Notes: a model not told the origin generated them from the letters alone. Positions 11,392-25,489 are shown, numbered from the stretch's first letter. The stretch is DNA of 33,663 bases from Octopus bimaculoides (GCF_001194135.2 NC_068982.1:180606620-180640282); one strand, 5' to 3'. Numbers and translations are program-made.

Positions 11392-11573
11392 TTATTGAAA
11401 CCATTCAAATAGTTGTCTACAGATCTGAATATTGCCATAGACTGTCAGAATTTTGGCATCAGTTCGTAAATTTGGTGCACTTCTTATCAATTGTCTACGT
11501 TTGGTATTGATGTCCAATGCAATATTATTACTAACTGGTTTTAATATTTGAAAAAAGTCTTCCCAAATGCCTA
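11392..11573 (-). CDS. Candidate terminal coding exon of an unidentified gene
   Basis: Long polypyrimidine tract with a tandem TAG/TAG acceptor (ctttcttttctttcttccactctttgtag|tag). Open phase-1 frame GIWEDFFQILKPVSNNIALDINTKRRQLIRSAPNLRTDAKILTVYGNIQICRQLFEWFQ*. The stop overlaps AATAAA. No homology recognised. Confidence 0.25.
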
Positions 11574-11742
11574 CTACAAAGAGTGGAAGAAAGAAAAGAA
11601 AGTCAGAAAATGGTTTAAATGCTCATAGAAAATTGTCATTCTCTGTTAATGCTTTGCAACCAGAACATTTACAACGATAATAGTCATTGAAAATCTACAT
11701 TCATTTGTCTCGATGTCATATTTTGTAGATTATCATCTTCTG

Positions 11743-11781
<39 letters not shown>

Positions 11782-11939
11782 ATGAAGAAAAGAAACTGAC
11801 AGTTTTGATGTTTTTACTATTCTTTTCTTGGCAAATTCAACGAAGAAATTAGGATGATTACTGTCAGTTTTTACAATCTATAATATTATTCTGCCATGAG
11901 GTACAAGATTGTGATACAATGATACAAATAGTGCATATA

Positions 11940-12203
11940 NNNNNNNNNNNNNNNNNNNNNNNNNNNNNNNNNNNNNNNNNNNNNNNNNNNNNNNNNNNNN
12001 NNNNNNNNNNNNNNNNNNNNNNNNNNNNNNNNNNNNNNNNNNNNNNNNNNNNNNNNNNNNNNNNNNNNNNNNNNNNNNNNNNNNNNNNNNNNNNNNNNNN
12101 NNNNNNNNNNNNNNNNNNNNNNNNNNNNNNNNNNNNNNNNNNNNNNNNNNNNNNNNNNNNNNNNNNNNNNNNNNNNNNNNNNNNNNNNNNNNNNNNNNNN
12201 NNN
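11940..12203. other. Assembly gap (N)
   Basis: N run. Confidence 1.
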
Positions 12204-12230
12204 ATATAGACATAACTCTCTCTCTCTCTC

Positions 12231-12278
<48 letters not shown>

Positions 12279-12958
12279 CATACATATATATATATGTGTG
12301 TGTATATATATGTGTATATATACACGTGTGTGCATGCGAATGTATGTATATAATATATGTATATACACATACACATATATATATATATATTTATATATAT
12401 ACATATATATATTTATTTATATATATGTATATAAGTATGTATATACGCACACATTTGTACATACATATGTATATATATGTATTGATGTATATTCCTGTCT
12501 ATACCCATAAACATTATGAAGAAATCTTGAATAAAAAATATTCAATAAAAGTTCTTCTGATCAGATAATAGCAGCATGAGTTCCACAACACAATTATATT
12601 GATATATTTGTGTCTTTTGAATACAGTGAAGAAATTAAATTAATGTTCTTTTTTCTGTCGACCAAATAAAGTTTTTATTCAATCAAGTGCAGAATAATAT
12701 ATATATTGTAGAACCCCCTAACCGGAACTATTGAATTTTAAATGATATAATGAAAAGACTGTAGCAAGTAAGTATATTGAAATAGAAGTTGATAGATCGA
12801 AATTTCTATGAAATTGTATCGTGCTTCGAGCTTCTTGTTTCGTTTAGTACAAACTTTTCTTATACACCTAATCTCTTGATATTCTGTTTTAATTTAGGCT
12901 TATATGGAAGCCTCATCTAAATACAAAATAAAAACCCAAAAGAACAAGACAAAAAATT

Positions 12959-13310
<352 letters not shown>

Positions 13311-13316
13311 CTGTAC

Positions 13317-13781
13317 NNNNNNNNNNNNNNNNNNNNNNNNNNNNNNNNNNNNNNNNNNNNNNNNNNNNNNNNNNNNNNNNNNNNNNNNNNNNNNNNNNNN
13401 NNNNNNNNNNNNNNNNNNNNNNNNNNNNNNNNNNNNNNNNNNNNNNNNNNNNNNNNNNNNNNNNNNNNNNNNNNNNNNNNNNNNNNNNNNNNNNNNNNNN
13501 NNNNNNNNNNNNNNNNNNNNNNNNNNNNNNNNNNNNNNNNNNNNNNNNNNNNNNNNNNNNNNNNNNNNNNNNNNNNNNNNNNNNNNNNNNNNNNNNNNNN
13601 NNNNNNNNNNNNNNNNNNNNNNNNNNNNNNNNNNNNNNNNNNNNNNNNNNNNNNNNNNNNNNNNNNNNNNNNNNNNNNNNNNNNNNNNNNNNNNNNNNNN
13701 NNNNNNNNNNNNNNNNNNNNNNNNNNNNNNNNNNNNNNNNNNNNNNNNNNNNNNNNNNNNNNNNNNNNNNNNNNNNNNNNN
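13317..13781. other. Assembly gap (N)
   Basis: N run. Confidence 1.
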
Positions 13782-14005
13782 TACGTTCGGATGATCTCTA
13801 CTCAAGTGATTTCTTTATTGCGGCATATAACCTCAAAAAAGAGGGGACATAAGAAAGATAGACAACACAAAGCATGGGGTACATATAAAGAATGATGAAA
13901 TACGAAATGAAATATTTAACAATGAAAGTATGTAATGGCTGACGAGCCCCCCCCTCAAAAGCTCGCAGTCCATTTTACTGTTCTAATTAAACACTAATTA
14001 TCAGC

Positions 14006-14308
14006 CTATCTTTTGTTTGTTATGTATTCCTTAAGGTTATCCAATTCCACAGCATTAGGTAAACTATCATATTGCATATATATCCCGGTAGGTTTGACTC
14101 TGGTTCCAAATAATTCCATCAGCTTTACCTTTCTCTCCTTCTCCGATAATACCGCTCTTTCATCGGGTTCGAACATCCCATAAGTCAATTTAACTCTTAT
14201 TAGATTTTTCATTTTTGTTACTCTCTTCTCTATTTCTATATCCAATGGTTGGTAAAAATCTACACTTATATTTCGGTTGAAGTAAAGGCAGATTTCTCTT
14301 CAGTTCTA
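14006..14308 (-). CDS. Coding-like open frame (~100 codons); candidate exon of an unidentified gene or a decayed foreign ORF
   Basis: Stop-free ...VDFYQPLDIEIEKRVTKMKNLIRVKLTYGMFEPDERAVLSEKERKVKLMELFGTRVKPTGIYMQYDSLPNAVELDNLKEYITNKR*, purine-rich with globular-protein composition. Strong donor AAG|GTAAAG at 14129/14128. Family not recognised. Confidence 0.3.
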
Positions 14309-15232
14309 CACATGTTTTCTTTTTCTCACTGACGATTATTATAACGTCGATATCTACTGATTTCAACCAATGTACACAGCTCCTTTTCTCTGCCCCAGAT
14401 AATTATATTTGATTGTTGTGGTAAGCATGCATACAAGTATTTATCAATGTAAGTGTTTCAATATTTACGAGTGAACGTCGGTGCATTGTACGTGCCTGTG
14501 AATGTATTAGGATGTGTGTTGTATATTATGTGTTTTCACTTGTTCATTTCTGTGTCTGTATATGGAAGATCCCCATGACCCAGCAGCGCTTCAGGAGCTC
14601 GTCTTCTATGGTTTGCCAGATCTTTGAGAGTGATAAGTGAAGTAATAGAAGTAGTTTTCTGACCGAACATCAGGTTTAAACACTCGCAGCTAAGTAAACT
14701 GTATGTAGGGAACGTAAGGGCCAAGTAACGTTAGATATGTTAAGAATTTTATAGTAATACACGAGGAAAGGAACTATTCATTTCACCGGCTTCCACGCAG
14801 TTTAACACATGAAATTTACTTATAAGGTTTCGGTTGACCAAATTGCAACGTAGAAGATAGAATAATAATAAAATCTATGTAGGTGTGATTCATGTGTGTC
14901 TTAATTGTCGTTAGCAGATTTCGTAAAATTCTGACATTATGTATTCTCGATTGAAGAAATTTACGTCAAGATATATCAAAATGTTGTTCAATGGGGGAAT
15001 ACAACTCATTTAAATGACTCTCATGATTGAAATAAATTCTATTCGCTCGTTGACAACTATTGTGATACTTGTTAGAGACTGTTATTACAGCTGTTGTTAT
15101 ATGAATTTCAACTACTTAATTGATAACTTGGTCTACTTTCTAATGCATCTTCAATTAGCAAACGTCCTTACTAAAAGTGTTTCTGTTAGTCTCGACTAGC
15201 AAGTTGTATATAATTAACACTTAATATTACAT

Positions 15233-15423
15233 GGCCGTAAGATGGCGAATCGTTATAACGACGGGCAAAATCCGTAGCGGTATTTCGTTCGTCTTTACGT
15301 TCTGACTTCAAATTCCGCCGAGGCCGACTTTGCCATTCATACTTTGCAAGCTAATAAAATAAGTACCACTCCACCACCGCCATGACCGTAGAAATTGCCG
15401 GTCTTGTGCAAAAGTTTGAAATC
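15233..15423 (+). mobile_element. tRNA-derived SINE, family B
   Basis: gatggcgaatcgtta...agcggtatttcgttcgtctttacgttctgacttcaaattccgccgaggccgactttgccattcat...taataaaataagtacca...gaaattgccggtcttgtgcaaaagtttgaaa. Confidence 0.85.
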
Positions 15424-16289
15424 CATTGGCCGATAGATCTGATAACAATAGCCGTTCGGACTAATAATAGCGAAATGACTCTCATATCAAATTTGAGCAA
15501 ATGACATATTGGATAATGCTCTTATTGGGATACCTATATTAGAAAAGACAAGGCACACGTGATGGCTGAAATAGTCCATGTGTAATCCGAGAAATCTTTG
15601 TAATAATCAGCGCTGGCGAAGATACAAAGTGATTATATTACACCATTACATATCTTGAATGACAGGAGAAAGTAATAATTTATTAATATATATATATATA
15701 TATGTCAAGTGTTATAAATATGTTTCATAGATTTTTCAAAGTAAACGAAGGAAACCTCAAGCTATTTGTGGAATACGTAACGTTCAATCCTATGATTGTG
15801 AGTTGGTCCGTGGTTGTGCGGGCAATGCAGTTAGTGAAGTCTTCGTGTTATAAAACAATATAAAATCAATACACTGACACATTTACCATCGTCATCATCG
15901 TATGGTTCATGCTACCAAATCCCCACTGTTTTATCCGCCACCTTGTTACACTCATCAACTTGCAGAAACTACAGTAAGCGTCACAACGTACTCCATACTG
16001 CATTGGTTGTTTTACAATACATTTCTCTTTGTCAATTATAGCGTTAGGGTAATGATAGTTTTTACTAAAATTAAGTAGAGTTTGCTTTAGGCCAGATCAT
16101 TCTATATCTGGATATAAAACATAAAATATTTTAGGAAAAAAGAAAATAATGAAATGTATTTTGACAAATGATATGTTTCCTTTTGTGTTGGGTTTCATAT
16201 CTTCAGTTCAATATTTTGTAGAAACGGAAGTTGTCAGCTTGACATCTGAGATTTCCATGTTTAAATAGGACTTGATGTTGACTTTAAAC

Positions 16290-16363
16290 CATTTGAATCT
16301 ATCTCTCCCTCTCTCTGTCGTTCTCTCTCCTTCCTTCCCTCCGTCTCCTTCCACTCTCTCTTC

Positions 16364-16432
<69 letters not shown>

Positions 16433-16448
16433 CCTATCTATCTGTCTA
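16290..16448. repeat. CT-rich tract plus (CTAT)n microsatellite
   Basis: Direct reading. Confidence 0.95.
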
Positions 16449-16732
16449 NNNNNNNNNNNNNNNNNNNNNNNNNNNNNNNNNNNNNNNNNNNNNNNNNNNN
16501 NNNNNNNNNNNNNNNNNNNNNNNNNNNNNNNNNNNNNNNNNNNNNNNNNNNNNNNNNNNNNNNNNNNNNNNNNNNNNNNNNNNNNNNNNNNNNNNNNNNN
16601 NNNNNNNNNNNNNNNNNNNNNNNNNNNNNNNNNNNNNNNNNNNNNNNNNNNNNNNNNNNNNNNNNNNNNNNNNNNNNNNNNNNNNNNNNNNNNNNNNNNN
16701 NNNNNNNNNNNNNNNNNNNNNNNNNNNNNNNN
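16449..16732. other. Assembly gap (N)
   Basis: N run. Confidence 1.
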
Positions 16733-16765
<33 letters not shown>

Positions 16766-16889
16766 CATTTATTTATGCTTACTCATGTAAGTATGTATGC
16801 ACGTGGATAAGTGTCTATTTATGTATTCATATTTCAGCACACACACACACACATACACACACACATACACACACACGCACATATATATC

Positions 16890-17780
16890 TACGCGGTGTT
16901 CGGACTAAATTTGACGATTTTCTATGGATACTTTTTCTCATGGACGACGTGACGTGTTGGTAAACAGTCAACAGCGTGAAGATTAAGGTTGTAGTTTAAA
17001 AAAAGTTAGGTGGCATGGAATCTATTTGAATATTGGTAAAGAGTTAACTACATTCTGATGCTTATGATGCCAGATGTCTCAAAATGTCGACACCATGAAT
17101 GATGTTTGATAACATGTGAACACTGTAAGGGCTATAAGACGTGATATGGACAATTGCAAAGGAGACTACGAAGCCATAACCAACAGGAAGTGACACAGCA
17201 GACGTCATAACTTCGTTCTCACGCCGGATTTCATCCCTACACCCCGGAACAGGACCTTAGGCTCAATTCAGACAGCCATGTGAAGCTTTTGGTGACTGTG
17301 GACAGTCCCTAGATGGATAAGGGGGCTAAAGTAAAGACATATGCGTGTCAACAAGATTCAGCAGCTTGATATACCTCCGGAAAAAGTCAAAAGTTGTCGG
17401 AAAATGTCTATATCTTCACCATCCCCAATTTCTGGCCTCCCAAATTTCTACCATTGGAATCCCATGTATTGCTGTATGAGGGGCGTAATTTAGGACACGA
17501 ACTAGTCTGCCTGCAATATTACGCCCGAGCTGGTGGCCAAGAACAAGGAGGTATTCGAAGATCTTTCCAGGGACACAAAAATACATGCGGCCGTTGTGGA
17601 AACTGAGGGCAAGCTGCTTTGAATAAACTATGATTCTTTAAAATGCTTTTATTTTGGGATGGGATATTGTATTTTTTTTCTTCGTTCGATGAAAAATTTC
17701 AAATTTAACTCGAACAATTACGTGTTTGCTCTTGCAGTTAATCATCTGTCCAACACAGTCAAAATTTTCCCCACCACGTC
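16890..17780 (+). mobile_element. Internally deleted Tc1/mariner DNA transposon relic, probably maT (DD37D)
   Basis: Broken transposase: LRLNSDSHVKLL / QQDSAA*YTSGKSQKLSEN...PNFWPP / NPM / ELVAKNKEVFEDLSRDT / AVVETEG. Degenerate TIRs tacgcggtg..aaatttgac (16890-16915) versus gtcaaaattttccccaccacgtc (17758-17780), followed by TA. Confidence 0.8.
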
Positions 17781-17962
17781 TATGATTGAACGTACGAACA
17801 CCGGCGTCAATGACACGGAACCATGCACATACACACAGAATCATGCACGAAAACGCAGACACAGACACATACACACACACATCACACATGAAATTCACAC
17901 ACACACACACACACACGTACACACACAGATACGGGCAGGCAAGCAAACGCACATGCGCGTAG

Positions 17963-18154
17963 CTAAAGATTGCGTTGCATTGGTGTGAGAAACAAAAATG
18001 TAAAACGATGTTCTAAATATTCTTGCTTAGAATGAAATGATATTAAATCAACACCAAGCTCGTATAAGAGTTTCTTTTCCTGAACATCAGGAAACAAACG
18101 ATGTGTTATTTGAATTCCATTTACATACACATCGTAGGTTTTTTTACTAACATA
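17963..18154 (-). CDS. Candidate coding exon of an unidentified gene
   Basis: Strong acceptor gtttcttttattgctttattttttcag| then open phase-0 frame YVSKKTYDVYVNGIQITHRLFPDVQEKKLLYELGVDLISFHSKQEYLEHRFTFLFLTPMQRNL*. 3' boundary uncertain; no homology recognised. Confidence 0.3.
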   Translation of the reverse strand, partial: YVSKKTYDVYVNGIQITHRLFPDVQEKKLLYELGVDLISFHSKQEYLEHRFTFLFLTPMQRNL

Positions 18155-18529
18155 CTGAAAAAATAAAGCAATAAAAGAAACACCGTCCTGCATTATGGAT
18201 TCCGCATATCAGCACATCTATTTGTACAAGCATTTGTATAGAACTTTTGTATACTTTAGCCACCTAGGCAGTAATTCTTTACAAATCTCACTTATTGTCA
18301 AAACTCTTTTACACCCCCAAAATAACTCATTTACTATTCACTACTTTTCACACTCCTGTATATTTATAGGATCACCACAGGAGTTGCCATAGCAATTTTT
18401 CATAGATATTTTTCTTTTATCGAAATACGCTATTTCAGAAAAATACACACACACACACACACACATATCCACATATGCATATATATATATGTGTGTGTGT
18501 GTATATATATATATACGTATAGATGTATG

Positions 18530-18799
18530 NNNNNNNNNNNNNNNNNNNNNNNNNNNNNNNNNNNNNNNNNNNNNNNNNNNNNNNNNNNNNNNNNNNNNNN
18601 NNNNNNNNNNNNNNNNNNNNNNNNNNNNNNNNNNNNNNNNNNNNNNNNNNNNNNNNNNNNNNNNNNNNNNNNNNNNNNNNNNNNNNNNNNNNNNNNNNNN
18701 NNNNNNNNNNNNNNNNNNNNNNNNNNNNNNNNNNNNNNNNNNNNNNNNNNNNNNNNNNNNNNNNNNNNNNNNNNNNNNNNNNNNNNNNNNNNNNNNNNN
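18530..18799. other. Assembly gap (N)
   Basis: N run. Confidence 1.
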
Positions 18800-18839
<40 letters not shown>

Positions 18840-19039
18840 CACACCTACGAAAGTATGCGCATATATGTATTTTTATATGTATGCGTGTATGTGTTTGTGT
18901 GTGTGTTTGTATATAAATATGTATGCATGTATAAACTATAGAATTTAACTGTGTATGATATGCAATTAATTTCTACCAAACAAGGTGTCATGGAAAATGT
19001 TTACAGTATCTTGTTATTTTATATCTTTACAGAAGCATC

Positions 19040-19074
<35 letters not shown>

Positions 19075-19285
19075 GTACATATCTGTATATATCTCTACAA
19101 ACAAAAATTTTTACTCGAAAGCGCTATGTTGGCCAATGAATGTAATATGAAATGTCATTGAATATCTTTTCCAGGTTGGGGTAATAATGTAGACATGTCC
19201 TAGACAGATACTAGCCAAGACTAATCTGTGTATATATGTATATAAATAATATAAATAAAGTATGCATATATATATATATATAGAT

Positions 19286-20281
19286 NNNNNNNNNNNNNNN
19301 NNNNNNNNNNNNNNNNNNNNNNNNNNNNNNNNNNNNNNNNNNNNNNNNNNNNNNNNNNNNNNNNNNNNNNNNNNNNNNNNNNNNNNNNNNNNNNNNNNNN
19401 NNNNNNNNNNNNNNNNNNNNNNNNNNNNNNNNNNNNNNNNNNNNNNNNNNNNNNNNNNNNNNNNNNNNNNNNNNNNNNNNNNNNNNNNNNNNNNNNNNNN
19501 NNNNNNNNNNNNNNNNNNNNNNNNNNNNNNNNNNNNNNNNNNNNNNNNNNNNNNNNNNNNNNNNNNNNNNNNNNNNNNNNNNNNNNNNNNNNNNNNNNNN
19601 NNNNNNNNNNNNNNNNNNNNNNNNNNNNNNNNNNNNNNNNNNNNNNNNNNNNNNNNNNNNNNNNNNNNNNNNNNNNNNNNNNNNNNNNNNNNNNNNNNNN
19701 NNNNNNNNNNNNNNNNNNNNNNNNNNNNNNNNNNNNNNNNNNNNNNNNNNNNNNNNNNNNNNNNNNNNNNNNNNNNNNNNNNNNNNNNNNNNNNNNNNNN
19801 NNNNNNNNNNNNNNNNNNNNNNNNNNNNNNNNNNNNNNNNNNNNNNNNNNNNNNNNNNNNNNNNNNNNNNNNNNNNNNNNNNNNNNNNNNNNNNNNNNNN
19901 NNNNNNNNNNNNNNNNNNNNNNNNNNNNNNNNNNNNNNNNNNNNNNNNNNNNNNNNNNNNNNNNNNNNNNNNNNNNNNNNNNNNNNNNNNNNNNNNNNNN
20001 NNNNNNNNNNNNNNNNNNNNNNNNNNNNNNNNNNNNNNNNNNNNNNNNNNNNNNNNNNNNNNNNNNNNNNNNNNNNNNNNNNNNNNNNNNNNNNNNNNNN
20101 NNNNNNNNNNNNNNNNNNNNNNNNNNNNNNNNNNNNNNNNNNNNNNNNNNNNNNNNNNNNNNNNNNNNNNNNNNNNNNNNNNNNNNNNNNNNNNNNNNNN
20201 NNNNNNNNNNNNNNNNNNNNNNNNNNNNNNNNNNNNNNNNNNNNNNNNNNNNNNNNNNNNNNNNNNNNNNNNNNNNNNNNN
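19286..20281. other. Assembly gap (N)
   Basis: N run. Confidence 1.
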
Positions 20282-20379
20282 ATATATGCATATATGTGTG
20301 TGTGTTCAGACATATGCTTGTTTTTGTGGGTAGAGGTAGGGAGTAAAAGTAGTAGGACCACTTTACTAATATATATACA

Positions 20380-20485
20380 GTAGTCGTAGTAGCTGCAGCA
20401 AAATTAGTAGCAGTGACAGCAGCAGCAACAGTATTAATAGTAGTAGTAGTAGTAGTAGTAGTAGTAATAGCAGCAGCAGCGGCGG
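20380..20485. repeat. (TAG)n/(CAG)n trinucleotide compound repeat
   Basis: agtagtagt... and gcagcagca... runs. Confidence 0.9.
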
Positions 20486-21575
20486 CATGTCAGTTGAGAA
20501 GAACCACAACTGTCACAGAGTATTAGTTGTCAAGATAATGTGAATTCTGTAGTTATGCAGCACTAGTTATGGACAGATCTCTCCAAGCAGAAATGATATT
20601 GGTAATTTTATTGATCATATTTCACTTTAAGGCAAAACTGAAACCTTCTTCAATAGAATCTACCACTTGAAATTTGATAGAACAACAGTTTGTAAAGCAA
20701 CAGTTATGTATGTATTTCCTATACCTGACTGAATGAGTAGAGAGATTTTGCTGCATATAAAAACTTTGCTCTGCTGGGAATTTAAATCTCCCTACAGATT
20801 AAGTTATTTTTACTAATTGTTTTTCTTTACTATCACAGTGTAACGAAGTGATAGCTGAGAAAGAATAGCACCTTATATCATATGGTGTAAGAGATTATCA
20901 TGTATATAATATGTTAGCTGTGCGAGAATATCATGTGTCAGTATAATGGCGATAAATCCATACATCAGAATGTATCTCTTCTCTGTGAATTTTTGATTTG
21001 ATGCCTTCTTTATCCTAAAATTTGTAATTGTGTATTTTGTTTTTTTATTTGAATCATCTCATGAAAAACTGGTTTATATTATATTTATCTGTGTGTCCAA
21101 GTTAAATTGATACTTTGATCAAAGGACGTGATTATTTCTCCCTTCGAAGATTTTCCCTTTGTATAGCGGAATATATCTTTATTTTGCACATTTTAAGAGA
21201 CTGATATTTAAAGCTTCTCAATAGGTTCCTTGCTTTTCCACACTGAAATTACCGGTGGTTGATGAGTGTAGATAACAGACATCAAGAAATAAGTTGCTGA
21301 TGATTGCTAGTATTACACCCACTAAATATTATGGAATTTTTAAAGTATACTAGAATGGTGAGTATAAGTGTGGTGGATGAACAGTGCGAGATTGACTGTT
21401 ATCGATAGGCAGCTTCATAATTCAGTGAAACAAACTTAGTATTTAGCAAGGATAGTGTTTCATTATTTTAGTATTATATTTTAATTCAACACAAATTATT
21501 CTCTACTGGTCTTAGTCAAGCGGTGCTTTGTTGTTCAAGAATATGGTATGTACTTCATAACCCACCCACCCTTTG

Positions 21576-21617
<42 letters not shown>

Positions 21618-21663
21618 CAGTATGTTGGAGAAGCAGGGTTCTGCTAATCCCTGTATATATATG

Positions 21664-21700
<37 letters not shown>

Positions 21701-22527
21701 GTATAAATGTGTGTGTCTGTGTCTGTGTCTGTTTATATGTATTGTCTGAATTTTATAGTGTTAATTGCCCATCACGGCTGTTCTTACCAATCGGTTTCGC
21801 GTGAAATAATATAATGGAGTGTTAGGCAACACACCAGTTACATAATATACGCTCGTCAGAGATAGCCGACATGGAAGGGGAAATAACAACCGCCCTCCAC
21901 TGTTGGAGGAAGTAATGAGCACGACCGGTTGGCATCTGCTGTGTAAAGGTGGTAGGATGAAAAAGTTCCAGAGGAGTCGTTAAATTTGCAGTTGAGTTGG
22001 CAAAAGGAAATTGTGAAGTGGGGAAAGATTGTTTTAGAAATGTGTGGTTTCTGTGCGGGGTGGGGTGCGTGATGCGTGTAAAGAATAAAGTTGTGTTTTT
22101 TTTTTTATATATTACTGTGTGGTGTGTAATTTGAAATGTATAGCGTGTAATGTGATGTGATGAGTGATGTATAATGTGATGCGTAAAATGTAAGGCGCAC
22201 GGTGTGTAATGTATAGTATGTGTGTAAATGCACTGTGTGTGTTAGTTTGTTTATGTGAGGGGTACGATTTTCGTGAGGGGGTGTGAGCTGAGTGTTCTGG
22301 GGGATGGTTATCTGCGGGTTGTGTGTCTTATGGATGTTTGTGTTTATCTGCGTACATGGGTATTTTGGTGTGTCTGCTTACATATATATATATACATACA
22401 TACACACGCACAGGGACAAGTACGTTTTTCTTAATATAATCGATGCGACTCTATCCTTTACTGGGTTTTCACCTCCCTCTCTCTATCTCTCTCCCATTCG
22501 TCGCTTTTTTCTCCCCTTCACCGTTTC

Positions 22528-22559
<32 letters not shown>

Positions 22560-22566
22560 TTGTCTG

Positions 22567-22609
<43 letters not shown>

Positions 22610-22618
22610 CTCTCTCTT
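22528..22618. repeat. (CTGT)n(CT)n microsatellite
   Basis: Direct reading. Confidence 0.95.
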
Positions 22619-23184
22619 CCCCCTTTACTCTATTTCGTTGCTCACACGTCCATCGTCCATCCTTCCTTTCCTCACGTGATCTTCTTTTGTTTTCCCTCAA
22701 TCCCTTGCACAGCTCGGACGCATTTGTACCTGTCTCCCCTTTTTTTCTCTTATCAAATAATCTTCTGCAAGCGTTCGCCATATTTATCTCGTCTGTGCAT
22801 AACGGCCCTCCTTGTTTGTATTCGTTTCGTTTGGTTTATTGTAAGTCCTGTTTTTGTTGCCAACATTGACTCTACGCAAATCCTGAATTTTTCTTCTATT
22901 TCGGTTCGCGAGGGCAACTGCATTCAAAGACTTATCTTATTGTTTAAAAACTCGAAATAAGGAGTAGAAGGACAGCCAACAACTGACGAAGGGTTGTTTT
23001 TTTTATGATACTTGTTTTTCATTCGTTTCTCTCATTTTTTGCGTACCAAACGTTATCTTCCTAATTCATGCTTGTTTACGTTCTTATCACGTCCTGTACC
23101 GATATACGCATTCCTATATACATATGTACGTATGCATGTACATATGTGTGCCTATATGTGCATATATATATATATAATTTATAT

Positions 23185-23222
<38 letters not shown>

Positions 23223-23695
23223 NNNNNNNNNNNNNNNNNNNNNNNNNNNNNNNNNNNNNNNNNNNNNNNNNNNNNNNNNNNNNNNNNNNNNNNNNNNNNN
23301 NNNNNNNNNNNNNNNNNNNNNNNNNNNNNNNNNNNNNNNNNNNNNNNNNNNNNNNNNNNNNNNNNNNNNNNNNNNNNNNNNNNNNNNNNNNNNNNNNNNN
23401 NNNNNNNNNNNNNNNNNNNNNNNNNNNNNNNNNNNNNNNNNNNNNNNNNNNNNNNNNNNNNNNNNNNNNNNNNNNNNNNNNNNNNNNNNNNNNNNNNNNN
23501 NNNNNNNNNNNNNNNNNNNNNNNNNNNNNNNNNNNNNNNNNNNNNNNNNNNNNNNNNNNNNNNNNNNNNNNNNNNNNNNNNNNNNNNNNNNNNNNNNNNN
23601 NNNNNNNNNNNNNNNNNNNNNNNNNNNNNNNNNNNNNNNNNNNNNNNNNNNNNNNNNNNNNNNNNNNNNNNNNNNNNNNNNNNNNNNNNNNNNNN
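23223..23695. other. Assembly gap (N)
   Basis: N run. Confidence 1.
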
Positions 23696-24482
23696 TATAT
23701 ATATATATATATATATTTATAACATATTTATTAAAGTGCATTCTTATATGCCTCAAAGAATATTTGAATGTTATCAACCACTAAAATTGTGAAATATGTT
23801 TACTGGGCATTAAAGAACAGCTTTGAAGAAAGGCAAGTAATAAACTGCTTCGTATCTATCATTAGAGGAAGAAGACTGATACATTCACACCCCTGTAAAT
23901 ATAATAAGCGTAAATATAGATAAACAGCTTTAATTATCTGTAAATAACACAACAGCTGATCGTAGGATGCCATACAATATTGTTTAAAGATTTTTGTAAA
24001 TTTAACAAGAAATACATAAACTAATAATAACGCTAAGCCTTTTATAAATTCATTTTGAGAGAGTATTAGAACATATTAGAACATACATTTCTTTAGATAG
24101 GGTGATGAAATATTTAGCGCCATGAATTCTAGATGAGGGAAATAATCTAATATTTTAGAAAATGAGTGGTGAAATCGATATGCAACGTATAAAGTATTCC
24201 GCAATATATTTTCTTTAGGGGATAATTATTTTTATCGAGATATATGTGTACTCGTATTTCGATTGCACGTGCAATGCACGTTCTTCAGTATTGTTTTAAG
24301 AGGTCATTTTTCTCACTCTCCCGTCTCTCTCTTTCTCTGTATAAATATAAATACATACGCACAAACCTTTAAACTTTTAGATATATACACATATATATAT
24401 ATATGATATGCTCGGATATTATGTATAGTATATGCTTAACTCGATATATATGTGTATATATATGTGTGTATATATATATATA

Positions 24483-25096
24483 NNNNNNNNNNNNNNNNNN
24501 NNNNNNNNNNNNNNNNNNNNNNNNNNNNNNNNNNNNNNNNNNNNNNNNNNNNNNNNNNNNNNNNNNNNNNNNNNNNNNNNNNNNNNNNNNNNNNNNNNNN
24601 NNNNNNNNNNNNNNNNNNNNNNNNNNNNNNNNNNNNNNNNNNNNNNNNNNNNNNNNNNNNNNNNNNNNNNNNNNNNNNNNNNNNNNNNNNNNNNNNNNNN
24701 NNNNNNNNNNNNNNNNNNNNNNNNNNNNNNNNNNNNNNNNNNNNNNNNNNNNNNNNNNNNNNNNNNNNNNNNNNNNNNNNNNNNNNNNNNNNNNNNNNNN
24801 NNNNNNNNNNNNNNNNNNNNNNNNNNNNNNNNNNNNNNNNNNNNNNNNNNNNNNNNNNNNNNNNNNNNNNNNNNNNNNNNNNNNNNNNNNNNNNNNNNNN
24901 NNNNNNNNNNNNNNNNNNNNNNNNNNNNNNNNNNNNNNNNNNNNNNNNNNNNNNNNNNNNNNNNNNNNNNNNNNNNNNNNNNNNNNNNNNNNNNNNNNNN
25001 NNNNNNNNNNNNNNNNNNNNNNNNNNNNNNNNNNNNNNNNNNNNNNNNNNNNNNNNNNNNNNNNNNNNNNNNNNNNNNNNNNNNNNNNNNNNNNNN
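24483..25096. other. Assembly gap (N) with duplicated flanks
   Basis: N run; 24351-24400 is repeated identically at 25097-25146. Confidence 1.
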
Positions 25097-25489
25097 ATAC
25101 ATACGCACAAACCTTTAAACTTTTAGATATATACACATATATATATATCTATATCTTTCCCACCATTCATATCCTCACACATCCGCTCATATTCTGCACT
25201 GCCATCCTATAAGTGAATACCTTATACAATGATGTGGGCATTTTTGGTCCCAATCTACTCTGATGAACAAAATATTATTTACTTCGGTGTTGCGATCTAA
25301 TTAATTCAATTGATGATTTTCGCTCTCATTATTTAATATAGCCCTGCGAATTATAAAACAGAAGTTTCAGGCCACCTGTGACAAAGTGCCCATGCTATTC
25401 CATTTATTTCGGCCTTTTCTGATGATTTCTAGATTCATACCTCCATCAAATGTAAGAAACTGTTTGGTAATTTGGCAATCCTTAGTCCA

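Noticed and set aside
15884-15998. Minus-strand YGVRCDAYCSFC (EGF-like?) before a G|GTAAAT donor, or a UAG that A-to-I editing could recode
   Set aside because: Cys spacing does not continue in any single frame; editing rescue is unsupported speculation
22945-23075. CTGACGAAGGG with an upstream CGAAA, as a permuted hammerhead
   Set aside because: Stems I and III cannot be formed; at most a decayed repeat remnant
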